This document shows, piece by piece, positions 28,560 to 36,092 of a stretch of DNA of 36,092 nt. Source of the stretch: Bdellovibrionales bacterium (GTDB lineage Bacteria; Bdellovibrionota; Bdellovibrionia; Bdellovibrionales; JAMPXM01); contig JAYVXN010000359.1 in NCBI GenBank assembly GCA_043785085.1, forward strand, positions 1 to 36,092, written 5' to 3'. Every line of letters begins with the position of its first letter. Within the stretch, counting starts at the first letter, position 1. The notes below the pieces were generated by a model that had not been told where the DNA came from, searched no databases, and worked only from the letters and a program-made list of their open reading frames with translations. The position numbers and the translations under genes were made by a program.

Positions 28560-29456
28560 ATGGAAAAACAAAGAACTGAAACGACGACCCTGCCGCAAAG
28601 AAAATTTGTCGTTAAAACCGGGCAAACCGAAATTCGCATCGGGACCGGCGAAGACCTCGCCGTCATTTCTGGTCCTTGTGTCATCGATAGCCGCGATTTG
28701 ATTTTCCGGGCGGCTCGACAACTCGTCGAAATTACCCAGCGTCTCGGAATTGGTTTAATTTTCAAAAGCTCCTATGAAAAAGACAATCGTGGCTCAGAAA
28801 AAAACTGGACCGGTCCGATGGCCGACGACGGTTTAAAAGTACTCGCCGATGTTCGCAAAGAATTCGGCATCCCCGTCCTCACCGACGTGCACCGAGTTGA
28901 AGACGTGGAGCGCGTGGCTGAGGCCGTCGACGTCCTGCAGATTCCTGCTTACATGTGTCAGCAAACCTCACTCGTCATCGCTTGCGGAAAAACCGGAAAA
29001 CCGGTCAATGTCAAAAAAGGTCAATTCCTAGCTCCAGAAAACATGTCGGGCGCGGTGAGCAAACTGAATTCTACTGGCAACAAAAACGTCTTGCTCACTG
29101 AGCGCGGCGCTTGTTTCGGTTACAACCGCCTCGTTGCGGACATTCGCACGATTCCAATTATGCAAGAACTCGGCGCTCCGGTTTGTTTCGATGCCACTCA
29201 CATCATTCGCTTGTACGGCATTTCCAGTGCCGATCCAGCCGGTGGTGAGCCGCGCTTTGTTCCGCATCTCACTTTAGCGGCGGTTGCGGCAGGAACGGAT
29301 GCCTTGTTTATCGAAACTCACCCGAATCCGATGGAAGCAAAATGTGATGCGGCCTCGCAATTGAATTTGAAGCATTATGAAAATCTGGTTCGCATGGCAA
29401 TGAATGTTCGTAAAGCCATCAAAACGCCAGAAAACGTCGGTCTGATGACAATCTAG
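28560..29456 (+). CDS. kdsA: 3-deoxy-8-phosphooctulonate (KDO-8-P) synthase
   Basis: KdsA motifs are present (GPCVIDS, FKSSYEKDNRGS, LQIPAYMCQQT, VNVKKGQF, CFDATH). Confidence 0.93.
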   Translation: MEKQRTETTTLPQRKFVVKTGQTEIRIGTGEDLAVISGPCVIDSRDLIFRAARQLVEITQRLGIGLIFKSSYEKDNRGSEKNWTGPMADDGLKVLADVRKEFGIPVLTDVHRVEDVERVAEAVDVLQIPAYMCQQTSLVIACGKTGKPVNVKKGQFLAPENMSGAVSKLNSTGNKNVLLTERGACFGYNRLVADIRTIPIMQELGAPVCFDATHIIRLYGISSADPAGGEPRFVPHLTLAAVAAGTDALFIETHPNPMEAKCDAASQLNLKHYENLVRMAMNVRKAIKTPENVGLMTI

Positions 29457-29513
29457 TTGCGCGGCAGATCGCAAGATTTGCCGACTCGTTCCTTTCAAGG
29501 ATGGAGGACGATT

Positions 29514-30614
29514 TTGTTCCGAGCGCAGTTAATGATTCGCTACGTGCTGGGTGAGATGATTCCGACATTCTTTATCGGCGTCATCGTCTTTGTCTTTATC
29601 CTGCTCATGTTTCAAGCGCTGCGCTTGACTGAATTCGTTCTCATTCATGGGGTCAAGCTCAGCACCATCGCCGAAATCATGGGGTACCTCTCCACGAGCT
29701 TTTTACCCGTCTTATTTCCGATGAGCCTCTTATTCTCAGTCCTTCTGACATATGGACGCCTAAGTGCTGATTCAGAAATTGTTGCTTTTCGCGCCGTCGG
29801 ACTCAGCATGCCCGCCATCATTATGCCGGCAGTGGTTCTCAGTCTCCTGATCAGTTTTCTCTCGGTACAAACGGCCTTTCATCTCGCCCCATGGGGTAAT
29901 CGGCAATTTGAAGTTCTCGTCACTAAGCTTGGCACATCCAAACCCGGCGCCACCCTGCGTGAAGGCACCTTTCTTGAAGGCTTTTTTGATCTCGTCGTTT
30001 ACGCCAATAAAGTAGATACAAAAAATGGCAAATTAGAACAGGTTTTCATTTACGATGAGCATGATCCGAAAATCCCGATTACGATTATCGCGCGCGAAGG
30101 CCGGCTCTCGCAAGATCCTGACCATCCCGGCCATCAAGCGTCGCTTCGACTTTTTGACGGAAATATCCACCGCATTTCTCAAGGCCGGCATACGAAAATT
30201 GATTTTACCACCTACTCGATTTTCTTAAGTGACCCGGTGGCGGAGCAGTTTCGCAATAAATCTCCGCAGTCGCTGACCCTTGAAGATATCAATCAAACTC
30301 TGAAAGACAAAAACGCCAAACCGGATGATCTGCTGACCGCCAAAATCGAATTCCATAAACGCTGGGCGATTTCCGTGGCGTGTTTGCTCTTTGCTTTGAT
30401 TGGCGTCGGCCTTGGCACGACTACCGATCGGCGCACAGCAAAGTCCGGAGGCATGGTCGTGTGTCTCGGATTAATTGTCACCTATTGGATTATTTACGTC
30501 GTGAGTGAAGGCCTTGCCCGCAATGGCAAGCTGCCTCCTGCCGTCGCCATGTGGTCTGCCGATGGCATCTTTACGATTGCAGCGGCCTGGAGTCTGCGCC
30601 GAGCTTGGCGCTAA
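29514..30614 (+). CDS. LptF/LptG-family (YjgP/YjgQ) LPS export permease
   Basis: IRYVLGEMIPTFFIGVIVF is followed by a six-TM layout with a periplasmic beta-jellyroll region. The TTG at 29514 has GGAGG 6 nt upstream; an alternative ATG lies at 29532; the track start is 29457. Confidence 0.85.
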   Translation: MFRAQLMIRYVLGEMIPTFFIGVIVFVFILLMFQALRLTEFVLIHGVKLSTIAEIMGYLSTSFLPVLFPMSLLFSVLLTYGRLSADSEIVAFRAVGLSMPAIIMPAVVLSLLISFLSVQTAFHLAPWGNRQFEVLVTKLGTSKPGATLREGTFLEGFFDLVVYANKVDTKNGKLEQVFIYDEHDPKIPITIIAREGRLSQDPDHPGHQASLRLFDGNIHRISQGRHTKIDFTTYSIFLSDPVAEQFRNKSPQSLTLEDINQTLKDKNAKPDDLLTAKIEFHKRWAISVACLLFALIGVGLGTTTDRRTAKSGGMVVCLGLIVTYWIIYVVSEGLARNGKLPPAVAMWSADGIFTIAAAWSLRRAWR

Positions 30615-31440
30615 GCCTGAAGATCAGTTCTAAATCAATATCATCACGCACGGGCATGGCCCCATTGACCAAGAGATCAAGAGTGCCAAGAGTCTGAGCC
30701 TGCATGGGAGAGCTCGGCAAAGCACATATCGTGCGACCGATTTCTCCGGCTAGGCGAGCGGTCATCGTCGAACCGCTGCGCCGCCTGGCTTCGACGACTA
30801 ACACTAAAGGCGCAAGTGCTGCGATCACCCGGTTGCGACGTTCAAAATTTCCACGCCACATTTTTTCATCCGGGGCAAATTCGCTTAAAATGGCGCCGCC
30901 TGACTCAAGAATTCCAGGAATCCAATGGCGAAAGTCAGACGGGTAAATATTTTTAAGGCCCGAGGGCAAAAATGCCAGTGTCGGACGCCCGGCTTGGATA
31001 CTGAGTGCGTGCGCCTTTTGATCAATGCCGCGCGCCCCACCGCTGATCACACTCACCTGCTCCTTGCGAAAGAATCGCGGTAAAAATAATTCCATCCACC
31101 GCAGAGATTGCTGCAACGGCTCACGACTCCCGACGATGGAAATCGGGGTATAGTCTTTCCAGCTGGGCGTTCCTTGATAGGAGAGAAAGAGCGGTGGCTG
31201 TTCTAAAAGAAAAAGCGCACAGGGATAATCGGCGTGGCCTGGATAGAGAATTTGCGCATTTTGGCTCTGACACCATTCCTGAGTTCTTGCCGCTTTATCC
31301 CAAGTTTCCAAGGAGAGGGCGAGTCCATAATCCCGCGCTGCATGAATAACATCGGTGCCCGCGGACAGAATTTCTGTAAAATCTGCGAATTTTATTTTGC
31401 CTGAAATCGCCGCGGCACAGGCCAGTAAACTTGCTGCCAT
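30571..31440 (-). CDS. dprA: DNA-processing protein DprA (Smf), short form
   Basis: Rossmann-like DprA core with IVGSREP, VISGGARGID, FERRNRVIAAL and VVEA..RSGS motifs. At 289 aa it lacks an extended C-terminal domain. Confidence 0.88.
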   Translation of the reverse strand: MAASLLACAAAISGKIKFADFTEILSAGTDVIHAARDYGLALSLETWDKAARTQEWCQSQNAQILYPGHADYPCALFLLEQPPLFLSYQGTPSWKDYTPISIVGSREPLQQSLRWMELFLPRFFRKEQVSVISGGARGIDQKAHALSIQAGRPTLAFLPSGLKNIYPSDFRHWIPGILESGGAILSEFAPDEKMWRGNFERRNRVIAALAPLVLVVEARRRSGSTMTARLAGEIGRTICALPSSPMQAQTLGTLDLLVNGAMPVRDDIDLELIFRLSAKLGADSRPLQS

Positions 31441-31576
31441 ATGACGACAGGATCAGCAACGGTCAAGCCACCTCCGGTGGAGACGTAACTGAGATGAGAA
31501 AAAGCAGAAGTCGGTTTTCGGAAGCTCCGGTCTGACCGAGCGGCACAAAGTGTGTGAAGGGCGTCTCAAAGCTCTC

Positions 31577-31614
31577 TGACCTTCCATTTTTGCTGCACCA
31601 CTACCTCAAGCGCC
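31577..31614. repeat. Copy B of the 38-nt conserved intergenic motif (TTTTTGCTGCACCACTACCTCAAGCGCCGGAGTTTTCC)
   Basis: 33/38 identical to 3421-3458, in the same orientation. It lies between the stop of the LysM gene and the dprA start. Confidence 0.75.
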
Positions 31615-31793
31615 GGAGTTTTCCTAGATGACCCCGATCTGGCCAGAAGAACCTTATTACTAAGCTGTATTTCTGAGTGTGTTGCTCACAAGTCATCGTA
31701 TCATAAACAAATCTTATGATTTAGGCCAAACCCGGCACCGGCCCAGGGTCCGATACCGAAGCTGCGGGCGTTTGACCGCTGCCCAGCCGAAAC

Positions 31794-33494
31794 TTAGAGA
31801 CTATCAATATCCTCACTATCAATTTTATCCTCAACCGGAGCCGCCGAACTATCACCCACATCCGCAGGTGCCTCCGTGGTCGGTGGAGACGCCGGAGCTG
31901 CAGATCCCAGCTGTTCTACGTGAATTTCTGACTTCAGTGGCTCAGCCACTGTGGGAAGCGGTCCGCCGGTGATATCTCCAGGCACGATTTCTTCATGAGT
32001 CTCAAGCACGATGGCCGTCGCGACTTTGTGATCGACGCGGACCACTTTTAATACGGCACTCGGAGGAGCAAAATCCGGTAAACTCGTTTTTTCCCAATGT
32101 GCTTTTCGCACAGCACGGAGCGCTAGGATCTGGCCGTTTTTCAAGCCAGCAGCGGCGCCGCCATCGAGATAGACCGCCGATCCGGAGCCGATTATTTTGC
32201 GTTCATTATCTTGTTGGGCACCAATCACCTGTACCTGGATGTTGGAGACATCGGCATTGCGCTTCATTGAAACTCGGATAAGAGGTTCAATTGTCACGAG
32301 CCCACCGACGGCCACTGGATTGACCGCTTCAACCACCCGGGCTCGATAGATCTTTCGTTTTTCATCAACTGGCTGATCAATTTGAATCAGGCCTCCGACT
32401 TCAATGATTGGCCCGATTGGCCCCTTACTGGTCTCAATATTTCCGCGCGGAATGAGCACGCTAAATCGCTCTCCGACTTGAACTGGTGATTTCATTTTAA
32501 CAAAAAGACTTTGCCCGGTCGAGGCGACTTTCTCACTCTTTTCAATTTCAGAGATCACTCCTACAGATTGAGGCATTTGATCATCGAGGTAAAATCCGGG
32601 CGTAATTATGGGCGTTTCTTCAACCGCTTTACGCTTGATGACTGAAAGTCCGGTTGAATCAAACTGATTAGTCGACGCTGGTTCAAACGAGACAAATGAA
32701 GGCGGTAAATGTTTTAAAAGACGATGGCGATCGGGCGGCGGTGCCGGAATTTCTGGTTGACCGTCAATCTCTGCCTCTTCAAGTACGGTCCCAGCTGCGG
32801 CCTCATCAGGGCCTGTCTTGACATTAAACTCAGGGGCACTACTGTTATGTGTTTGCGAAACCGCCGTGTTCGTAATCAAGCTGTCTGCTTCGTTGGTTTG
32901 CGGCGGCGGTGCCGACTCGCGCACTTCAATTTGCGGCGCCGAAGCCTCGCTACCAGCCACAAAGACAATGACGTGACCTGGCACAATCCGGTGCGGATTT
33001 TCAATGGCGCTATTTTCAGACCACAATTTCGGCCAGTAATGACCATCACCGAAAAAAGTCTCACTCATATCCCAAAGAGTGTCACCAGCTTGGATTCCAT
33101 AATTTTCACTGCGCCGCGAACCAATCATACCCGCCCATTTATCGTCCGAAACGGGCTCGGATTGCGTCTTAACAAAAATATCGTGCAGACGACGTTCATA
33201 CTTGAGATTAGGTTCATCTGAAATTGCCGCATTGTCTTGAGCCGCAGCCGCCTCTGCCACAGGAGGCGCAGGTTCACTGACGGCAGGAGGTGCCGCTTCA
33301 ATCGATTCGGTCATCGCGCCGGCGGGAGGTTCTGCCTTCTTCGGCGTCACTGTCTCAGCCGCTTTTTCCGCCCCAAGGTTGATGTCATCCAGTTGAGCAT
33401 CGATATCGTCATCGAGGTTCGCATCTTGAGCGGAAACCGAATTTGCCAGACCCAGCAGCAAAGCGCCTATTAGGAAAAGTACCGATGCTTTCAC
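31794..33494 (-). CDS. Secreted LysM peptidoglycan-binding protein (TsaP-like architecture)
   Basis: Signal peptide, then an acidic/Pro-Ala-rich linker, then a LysM domain (YGIQAGDTLWDMSETFFGDGHYWPKLWSEN...IVPGHVIVF) and a long beta-rich C-terminal region. The GTG start overlaps the upstream stop (GTGA) and GGAG lies 6 nt upstream. The gene is adjacent to dprA. Confidence 0.75.
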   Translation of the reverse strand: MKASVLFLIGALLLGLANSVSAQDANLDDDIDAQLDDINLGAEKAAETVTPKKAEPPAGAMTESIEAAPPAVSEPAPPVAEAAAAQDNAAISDEPNLKYERRLHDIFVKTQSEPVSDDKWAGMIGSRRSENYGIQAGDTLWDMSETFFGDGHYWPKLWSENSAIENPHRIVPGHVIVFVAGSEASAPQIEVRESAPPPQTNEADSLITNTAVSQTHNSSAPEFNVKTGPDEAAAGTVLEEAEIDGQPEIPAPPPDRHRLLKHLPPSFVSFEPASTNQFDSTGLSVIKRKAVEETPIITPGFYLDDQMPQSVGVISEIEKSEKVASTGQSLFVKMKSPVQVGERFSVLIPRGNIETSKGPIGPIIEVGGLIQIDQPVDEKRKIYRARVVEAVNPVAVGGLVTIEPLIRVSMKRNADVSNIQVQVIGAQQDNERKIIGSGSAVYLDGGAAAGLKNGQILALRAVRKAHWEKTSLPDFAPPSAVLKVVRVDHKVATAIVLETHEEIVPGDITGGPLPTVAEPLKSEIHVEQLGSAAPASPPTTEAPADVGDSSAAPVEDKIDSEDIDSL

Positions 33495-34279
33495 TCTCTA
33501 CTCCGTGTCGGTTGCAGCTGTCGAATTTCCATTGAGGCTCGCTGAGCCTCAGGACTTCCAGGATAAATCTGTTTGACTGAGTTGAAAATATTTTTGGCCA
33601 GAAGGGGGTGGCCCATTTTCTTGAGTGCCACACCCTTGGCGAGCAAGGCGGTCACTGTCTTATTACTCTGAGGATATTTCTCCAAGACTTCATTGAAAAA
33701 GTGGAGGGCGTTTTTCAAGTCATTTTTTTCAAATGCCATTAAGCCACACAGATAAAGCGCATTATCAGAATAGGCGCTCTCGGCGTAAGACTTCAGTAAA
33801 AACTCTGTCGCCTTTTGCAGTTCCGGCTGATTCTTGGAGCGAAAGCTTTCTAAAACTTTGGCGTATAGAAAATGTTCGCCCGTGCCCTCGACGTTTTCAA
33901 TGACATCTGAACTTTCGGTGGCCGCCAGATTCAGCGTCGGAAATTCAGAGAGCTCCTGACCAGCAATGGCCATCGTCGAAGCGGCGGCCCGCGTCCTTTG
34001 CGCAACTGGATTTTCAACTTCATTCAATGCCGGAAGCTCTTGAGTCACAACCTGAGCCGTCTGAGAGGCCATCTTTTTGGTTAAGACGAAATTCTTTTCT
34101 TTGAGCTCTTCATTGATTTGTTCTTTTTTACGAATCTGAGTTTCGAGTCGACGAAGTCGCGTTTTGAGGGCCGCTTGGTCTTTGTCTTTGACTAATGAAA
34201 CACCGCAGCCAGTTTGACTGAGTGCGGCCGCAAATAAAGTCGGCAGGAGAATAATTTGCAAAATCCTTTTGCTCATCAT
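33491..34279 (-). CDS. TPR-repeat lipoprotein with N-terminal coiled coil (YbgF/CpoB-like architecture)
   Basis: Signal peptide with a lipobox-like LSQTGC. A coiled-coil stretch (LKTRLRRLETQIRKKEQINEELKEK) is followed by C-terminal TPRs (ALYLCGLMAFEKNDLKNALHFFNEVLEKYPQS...). Confidence 0.6.
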   Translation of the reverse strand: MMSKRILQIILLPTLFAAALSQTGCGVSLVKDKDQAALKTRLRRLETQIRKKEQINEELKEKNFVLTKKMASQTAQVVTQELPALNEVENPVAQRTRAAASTMAIAGQELSEFPTLNLAATESSDVIENVEGTGEHFLYAKVLESFRSKNQPELQKATEFLLKSYAESAYSDNALYLCGLMAFEKNDLKNALHFFNEVLEKYPQSNKTVTALLAKGVALKKMGHPLLAKNIFNSVKQIYPGSPEAQRASMEIRQLQPTRSRE

Positions 34280-34554
34280 GTTCTCGATTTTTAATTCAGA
34301 TATCTTCAGTTTAGATCAAGGATAGACGAGTGGAAAGTGAGCAGTTTTGTCATCTCGTCTAGTTTTAAAGACGAGTCGTTTTCAACCTGATTCTGCAGGA
34401 CGGCAGAGACTTTTTGTGAAGTTCTCTACACTTATCCACAGGGAATGTGAGTTGCCCCTGATTCTAGACCATGGACACGTTTTCTGATAAGGCTTTCAGC
34501 GGATTGCTGAAGGATTATGCAGATCTTAAATATCTGATATAAAAGAAATTTTGG

Positions 34555-34584
34555 CTGAAATCCGAGATTCGATTTCAGTTTTTG
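34555..34584 (+). terminator. Candidate plus-strand intrinsic terminator inside the comEC upstream region
   Basis: An 8-bp stem CTGAAATC / GATTTCAG (34555-34562 / 34571-34578) encloses an 8-nt loop and is followed by TTTTTGTTT. No annotated plus-strand gene lies upstream of it. Confidence 0.5.
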
Positions 34585-34682
34585 TTTAGAATCTTAAATC
34601 CGCTTTCCGACCATCTTACAGAATCTAACTTGGTTATATTGAAGTTAAAGTATGTTCATAAGTTTGCTAGATCCCTAGACTA

Positions 34683-35582
34683 ATGGGCGTAATCATAGTT
34701 TTAATTGGACTCCAGTTGTTTATGTTACACACGAATTTGCATACGAAAGTTGCAGAATATGCACTGCCCATTCATCAAGCATGTCTAGACTTGGCCCCAA
34801 GAAATTCTGAATTTCAAATGTATTACCGCTCGATTATTTGCTCTAGTCCACTGCCACTCAACGCGTTTACCCATGATTTAAAATCTGCTGGAGTTGCGCA
34901 CTTCATCACCGGCAGTGGCACTCACCTCGCATTGCTGAGTCTTTTATTCGATTCAATTAGCCAGAGATTTCGTTTCGCGAAAATCGTGGGTGCAATCAGT
35001 CTTTGGACCTTTGCAGCAATTTCTTTGTTGTCCGGAGCTGTGATCAGGATCTTGGTGGCGCGCGGTCTACAAATCTTGAACCGACGCTACAAACTTTTTT
35101 GGACACCGGCGCAAGTCATTCTGATTTCAGGTTTTGTCAGTTTGGCTTTCTGTCCAGAATGGTGGTCCTCATTGGGCTTTCTGATTAGCTGGGGAGCGGC
35201 CTTGATTTTCTCGCTGTGGCGATCGCAAACGAAGCTCTGGCGCAATCTAGCGCTCTATGTTTTGCTGCTGCCTTTTTTGCTTCCTATTGGAGTCCCCTCA
35301 CCTATTTCAATTCTTCTCAACTGGATCTTATTTTTACCAATTTCTTTGGGACTTTTCCCGATGAGTTTTCTTTCCATAATAATCCCTGCGCTCACCAAAG
35401 CCACTGATGTTCTTTGGCATCTCCTTGAGCTTGCCGTGCAATACCCTAGCCCCTCGCTGCGGCCTTTACCCATTGCGATATTTTGGCAATGGCTTTATCT
35501 GTTCACTCTCAATATCTGGGTCATCTTTTGGCCATTTCACACCAAGAAAGCCACTTCATGCCTTGGAAATTTCTTGCCCTGA
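34683..35582 (+). CDS. comEC: ComEC/Rec2 membrane 'Competence' domain protein (N-terminal part of a split ComEC)
   Basis: 299 aa and polytopic. AGVAHFITGSGTHLALLSLLF matches the ComEC channel-domain signature (HLLAISGLH type). There is no OB or MBL domain in this ORF. Confidence 0.75.
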   Translation: MGVIIVLIGLQLFMLHTNLHTKVAEYALPIHQACLDLAPRNSEFQMYYRSIICSSPLPLNAFTHDLKSAGVAHFITGSGTHLALLSLLFDSISQRFRFAKIVGAISLWTFAAISLLSGAVIRILVARGLQILNRRYKLFWTPAQVILISGFVSLAFCPEWWSSLGFLISWGAALIFSLWRSQTKLWRNLALYVLLLPFLLPIGVPSPISILLNWILFLPISLGLFPMSFLSIIIPALTKATDVLWHLLELAVQYPSPSLRPLPIAIFWQWLYLFTLNIWVIFWPFHTKKATSCLGNFLP

Positions 35583-36092
35583 GTATTGCACTACTTACGG
35601 CGACTTCAAGTTTAGCGTCTGAAAGCTTGACCGTTTGGAATATCGGCCAGGGCCAATGGACGACTTACGCCACCGGCACTGCGTGCTGGCATTTTGATAT
35701 GGGCGGAGAAAAGGCGCCCTGGCCGGCCATTCTCAAAGAATGTCAGGCAAAAGAGAACTTCGCCTACTTCAGTCACTGGGATCAGGATCATTTAAATTTC
35801 GCCGCGGCAGCAGCCAAGCGGCTTCGGCATTTTTGTGTGGCAGTCGACCCACAAGGCCCACCGCCTGAGCGAAAGTTGCAGATTTTTAGGCAGCTTGCGC
35901 ATTGCTCAAAAAATCAGTTGCCCAAATGGCCAGCGCTTCGGGAAGTTTATGACGGTCTTCGCCGCACCCAGAAGCAGCGGCAAAGCAATGACTATAGCCG
36001 AGTCTTTTTATTAAAAGAGCGGTTTCTGATTCCTGGTGATTCAACCCGTAAGGAAGAAAAATTCTGGGTCAGAAATTTAGGAAAGAAAAAAG
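35558..36092 (+). CDS. ComEC-type metallo-beta-lactamase domain protein with its own signal peptide (3' partial, runs off window)
   Basis: My own translation gives MPWKFLALSIALLTATSSLASESLTVWNIGQGQWTTY...FDMGGE...FSHWDQDHLNF. This matches the start of the ComEC MBL domain (l.v..lDVGQGd...iD.G...HxHxDH). It overlaps the preceding ORF by 25 nt in a different frame and stays open to the window end. Confidence 0.65.
   Translation, partial: MPWKFLALSIALLTATSSLASESLTVWNIGQGQWTTYATGTACWHFDMGGEKAPWPAILKECQAKENFAYFSHWDQDHLNFAAAAAKRLRHFCVAVDPQGPPPERKLQIFRQLAHCSKNQLPKWPALREVYDGLRRTQKQRQSNDYSRVFLLKERFLIPGDSTRKEEKFWVRNLGKKK

Noticed and set aside
31520-31560. tRNA-like string GACCGAGCGGCAC (resembles the D-arm of class II tRNAs) in the LysM-dprA spacer.
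   Set aside because: There is no T-loop (GGTTCGAATCC type), no acceptor-stem complementarity of tRNA geometry and no anticodon arm. I also saw no tRNA, rRNA, tmRNA, RNase P or SRP RNA signatures anywhere in the window.
31679-31972. 97-aa plus-strand Pro-rich ORF spanning the end of the LysM gene.
   Set aside because: It is a shadow frame of the acidic, Ser/Asp-rich C-terminus of the LysM protein. It has no SD and a repetitive PQ/PP composition.
34432-34440. Perfect DnaA-box consensus TTATCCACA in the comEC upstream spacer.
   Set aside because: It is a single box. A perfect 9-mer is expected about 0.3 times by chance in 36 kb on both strands. There is no cluster of boxes, no AT-rich DUE, and no dnaA/dnaN context, so it is not an origin.

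Overview
This 36.1-kb chromosomal window (about 50% GC) is densely packed and mostly core. Its gene content looks like a Bdellovibrio-like (Bdellovibrionota / delta-proteobacterial type) genome, but that taxonomic call is inference only. Reading left to right: carD/cdnL; a secreted S8 subtilase; recG; an HD-GYP phosphodiesterase. Next is a fbaB-like aldolase / lysS / Cys-less tandem-rhodanese lipoprotein operon, then an MFS transporter and an Nfu Fe-S carrier. A roughly 9-kb colinear minus-strand string follows: queA-tgt-yajC-secD-secF-recJ, a small basic protein, queC and a DUF366-like gene. After it comes a loosely packed 3-kb stretch (21.1-24.1 kb) holding small membrane proteins and lipoproteins, two short ORFs missing from the supplied track (which lists nothing under 60 aa), an AP2-like ORF and a 167-nt perfect-stem inverted-repeat element next to trxA. 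Then a convergent signalling pair: a REC-PATAN-MshEN-like-J-domain-TPR protein and a pseudo-receiver protein. Then an LPS block (GT2-like, kdsA, lptF/G). Finally a DNA-uptake / pilus-flavoured block: dprA, a LysM TsaP-like protein, a YbgF-like TPR lipoprotein, and a ComEC split into a membrane ORF and a signal-peptide-bearing MBL ORF that runs off the window. I saw no rRNA, tRNA, CRISPR array, transposase, integrase or recognisable defence system. The items most worth follow-up are the 31-bp-arm inverted-repeat element, the two-gene micro-operon, a 38-nt intergenic motif present twice (33/38 identical), the multi-domain response-regulator / J-protein with a possible c-di-GMP-binding motif, and the split ComEC. 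All family assignments come from motif recognition by eye; no database search was possible.
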